The notes beneath the pieces were generated by a model. It was not told the DNA's origin, did not search any database, and saw only the letters and a program-made list of their open reading frames with translations. From Syntrophales bacterium (GTDB lineage Bacteria > Desulfobacterota > Syntrophia > Syntrophales > UBA4778), in NCBI GenBank assembly GCA_963665615.2, contig CAXXQE010000008.1, positions 248,001 through 312,000 of the forward strand: a stretch of DNA of 64,000 nt. Direction: 5' to 3'. Positions 1 to 9,045 of the stretch are shown here, one piece after another. Position numbers and translations under genes: made by a program. Position 1 is the first letter of the stretch; every line of letters starts with the position of its first letter.

Positions 1-509
1 TTGTCGTTGATCCAGCGGAGTCGTCCCAGTCCGAACCGGCGCAGGAAACCGCTGAGCGATATATCGACATGAACCAGAAGCATTCTCCCCCGCGCCTCAA
101 GGACGTGGACGTCGTTGACCACCTCGCTGCGGCGACCGTCAATATCGAGAATGGTCCGTCCCATGAGGTGCTTGTCTAACAGAATCCACCCAGGCTGATC
201 GACGAAGGCGGCATAGCTGTCACCCTCAGGTGGTGCAACAAAAACTGCATCCTCCTCCACTCGGAGGACCTTCTCCCAGGGAATGAACTGGGTGGGCTTG
301 CCCCAACCGAACTCCAGATAGATTCCGACCGCCTCTGGATAGGGCTCTTTTAGCGCGAAAACGATATCGGTTAACTTTCCGATCCGTTTTTTCGCGGGCT
401 CGACACATACTGGCCTCTTCAGCAGTTCCGAAAAGTAGAGAAACCGGAAATTGCCCATCCCGCTAGGGACATCCGTGAGCTTCGCTTTGGATAAGGACGC
501 TGCGGCCAT
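1..509 (-). CDS. MgtE-intracellular/PRC-barrel-type (likely CBS-containing) Mg2+-transporter-associated protein; runs off the left edge of the window
   Basis: Not in the ORF track. Manual translation from ATG 509 (SD GGAGGT at ~515-520): MAAASLSKAK...FLYFSELLKRPV...IGKLTDIVF...LLDKHLMGRTILDIDGRRSEVVNDVH...VHVDISLSGFLRRFG. This pattern is typical of MgtE-N/CBS proteins encoded next to NRAMP-like Mg transporters. Confidence 0.75.
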   Translation of the reverse strand, partial: MAAASLSKAKLTDVPSGMGNFRFLYFSELLKRPVCVEPAKKRIGKLTDIVFALKEPYPEAVGIYLEFGWGKPTQFIPWEKVLRVEEDAVFVAPPEGDSYAAFVDQPGWILLDKHLMGRTILDIDGRRSEVVNDVHVLEARGRMLLVHVDISLSGFLRRFGLGRLRWIND

Positions 510-530
510 AAATTACCTCCACATAAAACA

Positions 531-636
531 GTTCTGGGTTCGGCGTTCAGAGTTCGGAGTTATATGGGGGCTATGTGTTGAGGTTACAAACAGCATTTCC
601 TGCAACCCGGAACTCAAAACCCCGAACTCCGAACTG
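531..636. repeat. Inverted heptamer-repeat element (GTTCRGA-like units vs AACYCCG/AACTC units)
   Basis: gttctgg-gttcggc-gttcaga-gttcgga-gtt on the left and aacccgg-aactcaa-aaccccg-aactccg-aact on the right could form an imperfect long hairpin between two co-directional genes. Confidence 0.6.
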
Positions 637-637
637 T

Positions 638-1945
638 TTATTTAAGCAGATTCGGAAAAAGCGTACAAATCCCCATGAGGGTCGATACGACGATCACAAA
701 CCCTGCAATGGTAACGTTCATGATATTCTGCCGCCGGGTATTGACATAATCCCCCATAACGTTGCGGTCATTGAGGAGCAGAATCAAAAAAATCAGAGAC
801 GCCGGCAGGAGGGTCACCGCCACCACCTGAACGTACATTGTGATCGTTACCAAGGGCGCCCCCGGAATCAGCACCACCGCTCCCGATGTAATGAGCAGCA
901 GGAAATAAACGATATAAAACCACGGCGCGTCCTTGACCCGCTGGTTGAGAGAATGCGCCCACCCGAAGACCTCTCCCACCGCCCAGGAGGTAGAAAGAGA
1001 AATACACAAAGCGCCAAGGAAACCCGCATCGAAAAGACCGATGGCAAAGAGTTTCCGGGCCAGGGCCCCCTCAACCGCCGGCAGCAGCGGCACGATGGCC
1101 TCCGCCGTTTGTCGCGCATCTTCGATAATAATCTTCGGGAAGTGATAGTAAAACACCGCCGCCGTCGTAATGATGATAAAGACGGCGACAACACAGGTCA
1201 GAATCACCCCCACCATCGTTTCCATTTTCCCGAAGCGGATATCGTGAATGTCCAGCCCCTTGTCCACTACGGCACTCTGTTGGAAGAAGATCTGCCAGGG
1301 CGTGATGGTCGTCCCGATGTTGGCCAGGATGATAAAAACGAGATCTGCATTCATCGCGGTCAGGTCCGGTGGCGCAAAGCCGCGCAGGACCTCGGACCAG
1401 CCGGGGGCATAGGGGACGTCCATCGCCCAAAAGGCCGCAGGGATATAGACGAGGTTGAAGCCCACGAAAAAGAGCGTGAGTTTTTCGAAGGTCCAGTATT
1501 TGCCGGTCAGGACGATCGCAAAGAGGATCGCCGTGACAAAGAGCACAGTCAGCCACGCGGGAATCCCGAAGAGGCTCATCGCCGCCGTCATCCCGATGAA
1601 CTCGGTGATGAGGGTCAGCCAGTTGATAACCGCCAGATCGACGATGGTAAACCATCCCCAGAACGGACCGAACCCGTCGAAGATCGCCTCGGCATAGCCG
1701 CGCTTGGTGACCGCCCCCAGCCGCACCGTCATCTCCTGGACGCAGTAGGCCATGGGCAGAAGAATAATGAAAATCCACAGGAGTGAAAAACCGTGTTTGG
1801 AACCGGTCACCGCGTAGGTGGAGATCCCGCCGGCATCGTTGTCGGCGACCATCACGATAATGCCCGGCCCGAGGACAGAGAGAAAGACGAGCAATTGCCG
1901 TCTCAAGCGATTGAAGAGGTGAAAGCTTTTGCTGATCCAGTACAT
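638..1945 (-). CDS. NRAMP-related divalent cation transporter, NRMT (Mg2+) type
   Basis: Multi-TM protein with GPG..ADNDAGGISTY and GTTITPWQIFFQQS, i.e. DAGG/TITPW in place of the DPGN/MPH of Mn-type NRAMPs. Start MYWISK at 1945 follows GGAGGTGA. Confidence 0.85.
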   Translation of the reverse strand: MYWISKSFHLFNRLRRQLLVFLSVLGPGIIVMVADNDAGGISTYAVTGSKHGFSLLWIFIILLPMAYCVQEMTVRLGAVTKRGYAEAIFDGFGPFWGWFTIVDLAVINWLTLITEFIGMTAAMSLFGIPAWLTVLFVTAILFAIVLTGKYWTFEKLTLFFVGFNLVYIPAAFWAMDVPYAPGWSEVLRGFAPPDLTAMNADLVFIILANIGTTITPWQIFFQQSAVVDKGLDIHDIRFGKMETMVGVILTCVVAVFIIITTAAVFYYHFPKIIIEDARQTAEAIVPLLPAVEGALARKLFAIGLFDAGFLGALCISLSTSWAVGEVFGWAHSLNQRVKDAPWFYIVYFLLLITSGAVVLIPGAPLVTITMYVQVVAVTLLPASLIFLILLLNDRNVMGDYVNTRRQNIMNVTIAGFVIVVSTLMGICTLFPNLLK

Positions 1946-2111
1946 AGCCGGCTCACCTCCCCCGCTCAGAGGCGGACGGACGAATCCCTCCCCCCGCAAA
2001 TGGGATCAGGTTGCTATGCTGGCAAGTGGTCTGTGGGGAAACACAGATCATGGCGCAACTCCGATTCTTGGCTCTTGTCGGGCCCGGTCTCGGAATGCGC
2101 CGGAAGGCGGG

Positions 2112-2252
2112 TCAGCAGGTTGTTGAAAAAGGCTCGGTTAGACAGAGCATCCAAGCATTTTTGAACATCCGTTGACGGCAAAGGTGTCCGAACGTCGATT
2201 CCGGGAGCCAAAGCCCGTGGTGCTTACTTTTGCTACGACTAGGAGGTTCCAT
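2112..2252 (-). CDS. Putative 46-aa leader peptide (MEPPSRSKSKHHGLWLPESTFGHLCRQRMFKNAWMLCLTEPFSTTC)
   Basis: AAAGGA-cag-ATG at 2252, TGA at 2112-2114. Lies inside the long leader of the Mg transporter; below the ORF-track size cut-off. Confidence 0.35.
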   Translation of the reverse strand: MEPPSRSKSKHHGLWLPESTFGHLCRQRMFKNAWMLCLTEPFSTTC

Positions 2253-2370
2253 CTGTCCTTTAAAAGCAGGGTCCAATGTAAAGGCCGAGCGAACTCGGCC
2301 ACGCTACGCACGTTCCAGGGGTCGTGCACCTGGAACCAAAAGCACCTCGGAGAGGCTCCGAAGTTGCCCG

Positions 2371-2399
2371 TTTCTATCCCCAATAGAAGGGGAAGTCAA
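2371..2399 (-). promoter_or_regulatory. Candidate sigma70 promoter for the Mg-transporter leader
   Basis: TTGACT-N17-TAGAAA on the minus strand. Confidence 0.45.
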
Positions 2400-2485
2400 G
2401 CTAATTTCTTATTACCGACGACCGGCAGCGTCAAGCCGGCAGTGAGCGAACCATGTCTGAAACGTCTCCTTGGGAAATTCAAATA

Positions 2486-3994
2486 TCAGGGCAACGTCAA
2501 CTGATAAGGCGACGTGCGATCGCTCGTCCCCCCATCGCCCAACTGCCCGTAAGCATTGTAGCCCCAAACAAACATCGTATCCGCAGACCCGTTGTAACCC
2601 AAGGCGATCGTGTCGTAGGTGCCCGCGGCGATCCGTGTTATATTTACAGCCGTTGCGATCTGTATCGGCAACAGCTGCGCTGCGCCCGTGGCATCGCCAT
2701 TACCCAACTGACCGGAGGCATTGTCCCCCCAAGCCCAGACTGTCCCGTCTTTCTTGACAAGGGTAACATGGTCATAGCCTGCCGAAATGGTGGCAGCATC
2801 CTGTAGATTGAGCGCTCCCCAAGAGTACGCATAGCTATCCTCTGCAATGCTTCGTCCGATTTGGTGGGCATCATTGTTGGGACCTCGACCGCACGTATAG
2901 ACCAAACCGTCCGCCCCCGGCGAATAATGAATAACGACCGAGAATTGATGGCCGGCAGCCACTTCGACTTTGTTTGCGGAGATAGCCGTGGGAGATGCTT
3001 CGTAAAGTACAGGACTATCGGCGGTGGGATCAGAGCTCAACTGCCCCCTGTCATTGCTTCCCCATCCGTAAACGTAGCCGTCCGCGCGCAACGCCAGTGT
3101 ATGATTATAACCCGCCGACACGGACACGGCCTTGTAATCCGTTGAATTATAAAAGACCGAGGCGCCAATCTGGGTCGGCGTATTGTTGGCCGTTGTTGTG
3201 CCATCGCCGAGTTGGTACGTGGCGTTATAGCCCCAGGTCCAGACCGTGCCGTCGCTTTTCGCCGCAATGGCGTGACCGTAGCCGGCGCTGATGGCAATAA
3301 CTCCGCTGGTCAACAACGTTTCAACAGGGGTTGTCTGAGATGTGTTATTTCCCGTACCCAGCTGGCCATAAGTGTTGTCGCCCCATGCCCAGACGGAACC
3401 GTCCTTTCTCAAAACGAGAGAAAAATTAGAACCGGCCGCAACGGCGACGGCCTTGTTGCCGTCAAGCGTATCGTTGAACACCAAGGCGCCGATTTGAACC
3501 GGGGTCTGATGGGGGTTGGCGTCGGCACTACCGATGCCCAGTTGACCGCTTTCATTCCGTCCCCAGGCCCAAACCGTCCCATCGTCCTTGACGAACAGCG
3601 TATGGGTCGACGAAGAAAGACGTTGCGGGGTAATAGCGTTAAAATCAAAACCGGTGGCCTCGACATCGCTCATATAGGCCGTCCGTTTGAAAGGGGCAAA
3701 CCTAAAGGTGAACTTTACACTTGCCCTGTTGTCTGAGGGGGTCACCGTGTACTCCCCTGCGTCCACATTACCAAAAACGTAATATCCATTGGCATCGGTC
3801 GTGGTCGTACGGGTTTCAGGACCGGAGATCGTTACGGTGACGCCCTCCACACCAACACCGCCGTACCTGATATATCCTGAGAGTGACTCTGTGGTGTCAC
3901 CACCAAAAAGACTGCCTCCACCTCCGCCGCAGCCGGCTATCAGAAAAAGGCTCCCCATCAGGAGGATTCCTCTTAAGATTTTAATCCGTTTCAT
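2486..3994 (-). CDS. Lipoprotein with N-terminal carboxypeptidase-regulatory-like domain and RCC1-like (BLIP-II-type) beta-propeller repeats
   Basis: Lipobox LIAGC followed by poly-Gly; GVTVTISG...TTTTDANGYYVF domain; repeated DGTVWAWG.N..GQLG.G motifs. Confidence 0.85.
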   Translation of the reverse strand: MKRIKILRGILLMGSLFLIAGCGGGGGSLFGGDTTESLSGYIRYGGVGVEGVTVTISGPETRTTTTDANGYYVFGNVDAGEYTVTPSDNRASVKFTFRFAPFKRTAYMSDVEATGFDFNAITPQRLSSSTHTLFVKDDGTVWAWGRNESGQLGIGSADANPHQTPVQIGALVFNDTLDGNKAVAVAAGSNFSLVLRKDGSVWAWGDNTYGQLGTGNNTSQTTPVETLLTSGVIAISAGYGHAIAAKSDGTVWTWGYNATYQLGDGTTTANNTPTQIGASVFYNSTDYKAVSVSAGYNHTLALRADGYVYGWGSNDRGQLSSDPTADSPVLYEASPTAISANKVEVAAGHQFSVVIHYSPGADGLVYTCGRGPNNDAHQIGRSIAEDSYAYSWGALNLQDAATISAGYDHVTLVKKDGTVWAWGDNASGQLGNGDATGAAQLLPIQIATAVNITRIAAGTYDTIALGYNGSADTMFVWGYNAYGQLGDGGTSDRTSPYQLTLP

Positions 3995-4245
3995 CGTTAA
4001 ACTCCCTCAGAAGAATGCGCCTGCTAGGCCCATCCCCTTTAAAGCGATCAATGCGGGCTGGACTATATCAGCTATTTTGTTTATTGCAAACAAGTATCTG
4101 TAAAAATGCGTTATCCGTAGTGCAATGCCGTATGTCATTTTTTTATTGACACAATCCGGCCGTCAGGCTAATCCTTTTGCAGTTTACCCGCCGACGTTGC
4201 GGGCTTCTATTTTTTTATCAACAGGAAGACATCTGGTAATCCATC

Positions 4246-4521
4246 ATGACATACTCAGACACATCGGCAGCTCGGGAAAAGAGCCAGCCCCGTGAAAAAG
4301 TCGTTATTCAGGACCGCTGCAAGGGATGCGGATTTTGTGTGGCTTTCTGCCCGCGGCAGGCGCTTCATCTGTCCGCTCAGTTCAATAAAAAGGGGTACCA
4401 TTACCCCGAGGTCGACCAGGAACTCTGTGTGCACTGCGGCCTGTGCGACGCGCTGTGCCCTGAATTCGCCATCTATTCCCCTGAAAACAAAGGTCAAAAG
4501 CCCGGAAAGGTCGGGAGGTAA
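4246..4521 (+). CDS. korD: 2-oxoacid:ferredoxin oxidoreductase delta subunit (2x[4Fe-4S] ferredoxin)
   Basis: Two CxxCxxCxxxCP motifs; first gene of the operon. Confidence 0.85.
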   Translation: MTYSDTSAAREKSQPREKVVIQDRCKGCGFCVAFCPRQALHLSAQFNKKGYHYPEVDQELCVHCGLCDALCPEFAIYSPENKGQKPGKVGR

Positions 4522-4527
4522 CCGCCC

Positions 4528-5691
4528 GTGACGAAGAGCGTACTGACCGGCACCCACTTCATGAACGGGGACCACGCCTGCTGCGAAGGCGCCCTCGCCG
4601 TCGGATGCCGTTTTTTTGCCGGCTACCCGATCACCCCTGCTACGGAGGTTGCGGAGCGGATGTCACGCCGCCTGCCCGATATCGGCGGCACCTACATTCA
4701 GATGGAAGACGAACTGGCCTCCATGGCGGCGATTCTGGGGGCAAGCTGTGGCGGGGTGAAGTCTATGACGAGCACCTCCGGCCCCGGCTTTTCGCTGATG
4801 CTCGAAAACATCGGCCTGGGGCTCTGCGCCGAAATCCCTTGTGTCGTCTGCAACGTACAACGATCTGGCCCCTCGACGGGACTGCCGACCCAGGTTGCCC
4901 AGGGGGATATGATGCAGGCCCGATGGGGTTCCCACGGTCATTACGAGATCATTGCCCTGGCGCCTTCCAGTCCGCAGGAGATGTTCGACTTCACCATCCG
5001 TGCCTTCAACCTGAGCGAGCAGTACCGGCTGCCAGTCCTGATCATGGCCGACGAGGTGGTGGGGCACATGAATGAACGGGTGATCATCCCCCCCGCCGAC
5101 ACGATCGAAATCGTCAACCGCCGCAAACCGGAGGTTCCTCCCGCGGATTACCTGCCCTACAAGGCAGGTCCGGACGGCGTACCCCCCATGGCCAACTGCG
5201 GGGACGGCTATCGCATCCACATGACAGGGCTTACCCACGACGAGCGGGGTTATCCGGCCATGACCGCGGACGCACAGCAAGCCATGGTCCATCGTCTGAT
5301 CGGCAAGATCCAGGACAACCGCGACAAGATCATCAAAACGGAACACGTCTTCATGGACGACGCAGATATCGTCGTCGTGGCCTACGGTATCAGCGCCCGA
5401 TCCGCCAGGCAGGCGGTTCGACAGGCGCGGCTGGGCGGCATCCGGGCGGGACTCGTCAAACTGGAAACGGTCTGGCCCTTCCCGGAAGACCTGATCCGTG
5501 AGCTTGCACCCCGGGTCCGCGCCCTGATCATGCCGGAGATCAACGGCGGACAAATGGTTCTGGAGGTGGAACGGAGTGCCGCGGGCGCCTGTCCCGTGGA
5601 GCGCGTGCTGCATCTCGGTGGAACGATCATCAGGCCGGGGACCGTCCTCGCCGCCATCAAAAAATATGCTCAAGGAGGGGGCGCCCGATGA
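4528..5691 (+). CDS. korA: 2-oxoacid (2-oxoglutarate-type):ferredoxin oxidoreductase alpha subunit
   Basis: FFAGYPITPATE, QMEDELAS, TSGPGFSLM and QRSGPSTGLPT motifs. Confidence 0.92.
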   Translation: MTKSVLTGTHFMNGDHACCEGALAVGCRFFAGYPITPATEVAERMSRRLPDIGGTYIQMEDELASMAAILGASCGGVKSMTSTSGPGFSLMLENIGLGLCAEIPCVVCNVQRSGPSTGLPTQVAQGDMMQARWGSHGHYEIIALAPSSPQEMFDFTIRAFNLSEQYRLPVLIMADEVVGHMNERVIIPPADTIEIVNRRKPEVPPADYLPYKAGPDGVPPMANCGDGYRIHMTGLTHDERGYPAMTADAQQAMVHRLIGKIQDNRDKIIKTEHVFMDDADIVVVAYGISARSARQAVRQARLGGIRAGLVKLETVWPFPEDLIRELAPRVRALIMPEINGGQMVLEVERSAAGACPVERVLHLGGTIIRPGTVLAAIKKYAQGGGAR

Positions 5692-6614
5692 CCCAACGAA
5701 GCAAAGCGGGCATGCCCGACCCCGAACAGGAACCAAAGATTTATGAATCTCCGTCGCACCCGTCGGGGCATCCGCTGGATGAACTTCTGCGGGTGGAGCG
5801 CATCCCCCACATCTGGTGCTCGGGCTGCGGGATCGGAACGGTCTTCAGTTCGCTGCTGAGCGCCATCCGCAAATCGAATATGGACCTTGACAAGCTGGCC
5901 ATGGTCTCGGGGATCGGTTGTACGGGCCGCATGGCCGGCTATATCCGCCTGGATTCCTATCACACGACCCACGGCAGGGCGCTACCCTTCGCCACCGGCC
6001 TCAAGCTGGCGAAACCAGACACCAAGGTCATCATCGCCTCGGGAGACGGGGATCTCTTCGCCATCGGCGGCAATCACCTCATCCATGCGGCACGCCGCAA
6101 CATGGACCTGATGGTGATCTGCGTCAACAACTTCAACTACGGCATGACGGGCGGTCAGCAGGCCCCCAGTACCCCCTTCGGCGCCAAAACGACAACGAGC
6201 ATCAATGGCTCGCCGGAAGAACCCTTTAACTTCTGCGCCCTGGCGGCCGCGGCCGGCGCCACGTATGTCGCCCGCTGGACCGCGCTCCATGCGCGGAAGT
6301 TGACGGCCACGCTCGGCGAGGCGATGAAGAAAAAGGGCTTTTCCTTTATCGAGATCCTGGCCCCCTGTCCCTCTGCCTTTGTCCGTCGCAACAAGATGGG
6401 AAGCGCCCTGGATGCCCTTAAGTTTTACCATGACCGATCCGTCATTCGAAACGGCATCGATCCCAAGGATGCTCCTCTTGACTTCTCTCGAGACATCGCA
6501 GTAGGCAAATTCGTCGATCTCGCGCGCCCTACCTTTGCTGAAAGTTACGAGGCGCTTCGACACCGCAAGCTCCCGGCCTGGCCTCCGGCGTACGAAAAAA
6601 CGGCGGTAGAATAA
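5688..6614 (+). CDS. korB: 2-oxoacid:ferredoxin oxidoreductase beta subunit (TPP-binding)
   Basis: WCSGCG, SGIGC, HGRALP and GDGD...GGNH...NN..YGMTGGQ TPP motif; ATGA overlap with alpha. Confidence 0.92.
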   Translation: MTQRSKAGMPDPEQEPKIYESPSHPSGHPLDELLRVERIPHIWCSGCGIGTVFSSLLSAIRKSNMDLDKLAMVSGIGCTGRMAGYIRLDSYHTTHGRALPFATGLKLAKPDTKVIIASGDGDLFAIGGNHLIHAARRNMDLMVICVNNFNYGMTGGQQAPSTPFGAKTTTSINGSPEEPFNFCALAAAAGATYVARWTALHARKLTATLGEAMKKKGFSFIEILAPCPSAFVRRNKMGSALDALKFYHDRSVIRNGIDPKDAPLDFSRDIAVGKFVDLARPTFAESYEALRHRKLPAWPPAYEKTAVE

Positions 6615-6636
6615 GAGTGACAAGGAAATACGATTC

Positions 6637-7221
6637 ATGACGGCTCATCAAGAAAGACATATCTTCATCACGGGCTTCGGCGGCCAGGGAATTATCATGG
6701 CCGGTGACATTCTCGGCAAAGCGGCAACGCTCTTCGATCACCGCCATGCCACTATGACGCAGAACTACGGACCGGAAGCCCGCGGCGGGGCCTGCTCCAG
6801 CCAGGTCATCATCAGTCCGGATGAAATTCTTTTTCCCTATATCGAAGAATCCGAAATCCTGATCTGCATGAGCCAGGAGGGCTACACAAAAAACATCGGA
6901 CACCTCCGCCCGAGCGGCACGCTGATCTGGGATACCGATATGGTCAGGGTCCGGAAGGAGGTGCCCGCCGGGGAGTGGTTTGACATTCCGGCAACGCGCA
7001 TCTCTGAAGAACTCGGTAACAAGATGATGGCCAACATCGTGATGTTGGGATTCCTGGCGGCGGTCTCCGATACCGTCAACCCGGACTCCCTGCGCAAGGC
7101 CGTCCTTGATTCCGTTCCCTCCGCAACCAAGGAAGCCAATGCCCTGGCTTTTGATCAGGGCAGACAATACGGAGAAAACCTTCTGCGTGAGCGTGCCGGC
7201 GGCAGGCAGGCGAGCAACTGA
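6637..7221 (+). CDS. korC: 2-oxoacid:ferredoxin oxidoreductase gamma subunit
   Basis: GFGGQGII, YGPEARGG and NIVMLG motifs. Confidence 0.92.
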   Translation: MTAHQERHIFITGFGGQGIIMAGDILGKAATLFDHRHATMTQNYGPEARGGACSSQVIISPDEILFPYIEESEILICMSQEGYTKNIGHLRPSGTLIWDTDMVRVRKEVPAGEWFDIPATRISEELGNKMMANIVMLGFLAAVSDTVNPDSLRKAVLDSVPSATKEANALAFDQGRQYGENLLRERAGGRQASN

Positions 7222-7251
7222 ACGTACCGATACCAAGAAAGGGGGACTGTC

Positions 7252-7596
7252 ATGGCAGACCGATCCAAGATTCGCATCAACCCGACTACGGGAGAAATCG
7301 AAGTAGAGGGCACCGAGGCCTTCGTTAAGAAGTACTATGAGTTACTGAGCGCGACGCCACGGGTAACTTTGCCGAAGCGTACCAAAGGAGCCTCTGGAAC
7401 CGCCAAAAAGGGCGGCCGAATCACCAACACCGATACCATCCTTCAATTCATCCGGAACAGCAAGTCGGGCATCACGACCCCGGATTTGAGTGGGAAGACC
7501 GGACTCACCGACAAGCAGATCTGGCCCATTATCTACAAAGCCGAAAAACAGGGTAAGATCAAAAAGGCTGCACGCGGCCGCTACGTCGCCGTTTAG
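7252..7596 (+). CDS. Small basic hypothetical protein with probable C-terminal winged-helix domain
   Basis: SD GGGGGA; N-terminal IRINPTTGEIEVEG module, Lys-rich linker, C-terminal ITTPDLSGKTGLTDKQIWPIIYKAEKQGKIKKAARGRY. Confidence 0.7.
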   Translation: MADRSKIRINPTTGEIEVEGTEAFVKKYYELLSATPRVTLPKRTKGASGTAKKGGRITNTDTILQFIRNSKSGITTPDLSGKTGLTDKQIWPIIYKAEKQGKIKKAARGRYVAV

Positions 7597-7732
7597 GCGG
7601 CTGAAACTGAGGTCACAAGTGACGGGTCACAGGTGACAGGCGGAAAAAGCATCAGATCGCATGCCGAACTTGGGCGGCGCGGCGATTGAGCAAGAGACTG
7701 ACGTGAAGTTAGTCAGAAGTACAGCCTAAGGT

Positions 7733-7770
7733 AATAAAAAACGCCTCCCGATCAGGAGGCGTTTTTTATT
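7733..7770. terminator. Bidirectional intrinsic terminator between convergent genes
   Basis: AATAAAAAACGCCTCC-cgatca-GGAGGCGTTTTTTATT perfect inverted repeat with T tracts on both strands. Confidence 0.85.
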
Positions 7771-7831
7771 GATTCTTTTTTGCCTGTCACGCGTGCCCCG
7801 TCAACCGCCACTTGTGACCGTGGCCTCGCCG

Positions 7832-8380
7832 CTATTTTGCGAAATACCGATCCAGAAGACCCTTGAATGCCAAACCGTGACGTGCCTCGTCCTTGCACAT
7901 CTCGTGAACGGTGTCATGAATCGCGTCGTAGCCCAACTCTTTTGCTTTCACAGCGATCTTCTTCTTGCCGGCGCAGGCGCCGTTTTCCGCCATGACGCGC
8001 GCCTCGAGGTTCTTGCGGGTATCCGCCCAGAGACACTCACCAAGAAGTTCTGCAAATTTTGATGCGTGTTCCGCCTCCTCGAAGGCAATGCGTTTATAGG
8101 CCTCAGCAATCTCCGGATAGCCCTCGCGGTCTGCCTGACGTGACATGGCCAGATACATCCCGACTTCCGTACATTCACCCATGAAATTATTTCTCAGTCC
8201 TTCAAGGATCTCCGCATCCGTATCCTTTCCGGCCACGCCGATTACATGACCATCCGCCCAGACCAGATCTCCCAGTTGCTCGGAAAATTTGCTGCCCGGC
8301 GCGCCGCACTGAGGACATTTGTCGGGAGCGGCGTCCCCTTCAAATCCATAACCACACATCTGACAGACATACTTTTTCAT
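7832..8380 (-). CDS. Reverse rubrerythrin (NADH peroxidase): N-terminal rubredoxin-like domain plus ferritin-like di-iron domain
   Basis: YVCQMCGY...[20 protein letters not shown] and DEARHG di-iron motifs; SD AAGGAGG. Confidence 0.9.
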   Translation of the reverse strand: MKKYVCQMCGYGFEGDAAPDKCPQCGAPGSKFSEQLGDLVWADGHVIGVAGKDTDAEILEGLRNNFMGECTEVGMYLAMSRQADREGYPEIAEAYKRIAFEEAEHASKFAELLGECLWADTRKNLEARVMAENGACAGKKKIAVKAKELGYDAIHDTVHEMCKDEARHGLAFKGLLDRYFAK

Positions 8381-8467
8381 CACTTTCCTCCTTTTAAGGT
8401 ATCCGTTTTATTGCTCTGGTGATTAAACATATCCAGGTTCTTGTTAGCAGATACGTCTCGCACTTTT

Positions 8468-8494
8468 TATAAAGGACAATTTTTGTCCTGTTTT
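8468..8494. promoter_or_regulatory. Candidate Rrf2 operator upstream of rubrerythrin
   Basis: Palindrome AGGACAATTTTTGTCCT followed by GTTTT; shares GAC-N7-GTCCTGTTTT with the site at 8918-8939. Confidence 0.6.
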
Positions 8495-8519
8495 GAGCCA
8501 AAAAAATTTACGTCTCCCG

Positions 8520-8915
8520 TTATAGATCTCTTAAAGTAATTTTTTCCAGCATCTCATTGATCGATTGCCTCATCCGATCCCAGACCTTGTGAGCCGCGCA
8601 GGTTTCTGTCAGATTACACGCATTCTCATTAACGACACAGACATTGACGCTCACGGGACCCTCCGTTGCCTCCAGGATCTCCCGCAGGTTGATCTTCTCA
8701 GGCGGCCGGCTCAGCCGAAACCCTCCCACTACGCCCCGCGACGACGTCACCAGGCCGGCCGCATTGAGGAGTTGAAAGATCTTCGCCAGAAAGGCCGGAG
8801 AGGCGTCTACCGCTTGCGCAATCTCCCGGATCATGACCGCTTCGTCTGTCCTGCAGCCAGCCAGATACCGCAGCCCCCTCAGGGCGTATTCTGTTTTTCG
8901 GTTGATCTTGAACAT
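8520..8915 (-). CDS. Rrf2-family (IscR-like) Fe-S transcriptional regulator
   Basis: KTEYALRGL, FLAKIFQLL..AGLVTSSRGVVGGFRL; C-x6-C-x5-C-x2-H ligand cluster. Confidence 0.92.
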   Translation of the reverse strand: MFKINRKTEYALRGLRYLAGCRTDEAVMIREIAQAVDASPAFLAKIFQLLNAAGLVTSSRGVVGGFRLSRPPEKINLREILEATEGPVSVNVCVVNENACNLTETCAAHKVWDRMRQSINEMLEKITLRDL

Positions 8916-8917
8916 AC

Positions 8918-8939
8918 GAGACTTATTTAGTCCTGTTTT
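8918..8939. promoter_or_regulatory. Candidate Rrf2 autoregulatory operator overlapping its own promoter
   Basis: GAGACTTATTTAGTCCTGTTTT abuts the Rrf2 start codon; minus-strand TTGACG -35 lies just upstream. Confidence 0.6.
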
Positions 8940-8995
8940 AATCCGCCGTCAAGATTTTTTTGCATTTTTTGCGTTTATCCGAAATATCGGAGAGC

Positions 8996-9028
8996 TTGAC
9001 ATGTATATTTGTATACATTAATATATAC
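8996..9028 (+). promoter_or_regulatory. Sigma70 promoter of the arsR-RND operon with overlapping palindromic operator
   Basis: TTGACA-N17-TAATAT; ATGTATA-N4-TATACAT inverted repeat covers the spacer. Confidence 0.65.
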
Positions 9029-9045
9029 GAAAAAGTGAGGTCAAT

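Noticed and set aside
575..1786. Long antisense ORFs (also 33464-34876, 47857-48882, 23762-24823, 41867-42820, 44556-45521 and others)
   Set aside because: Shadow frames opposite well-supported genes in GC-rich DNA; no motifs and atypical amino-acid composition.
1946..2399. M-box (ykoK) or yybP-ykoY riboswitch
   Set aside because: Expected from context, but the conserved consensus blocks were not found by eye; kept only as an unknown leader.
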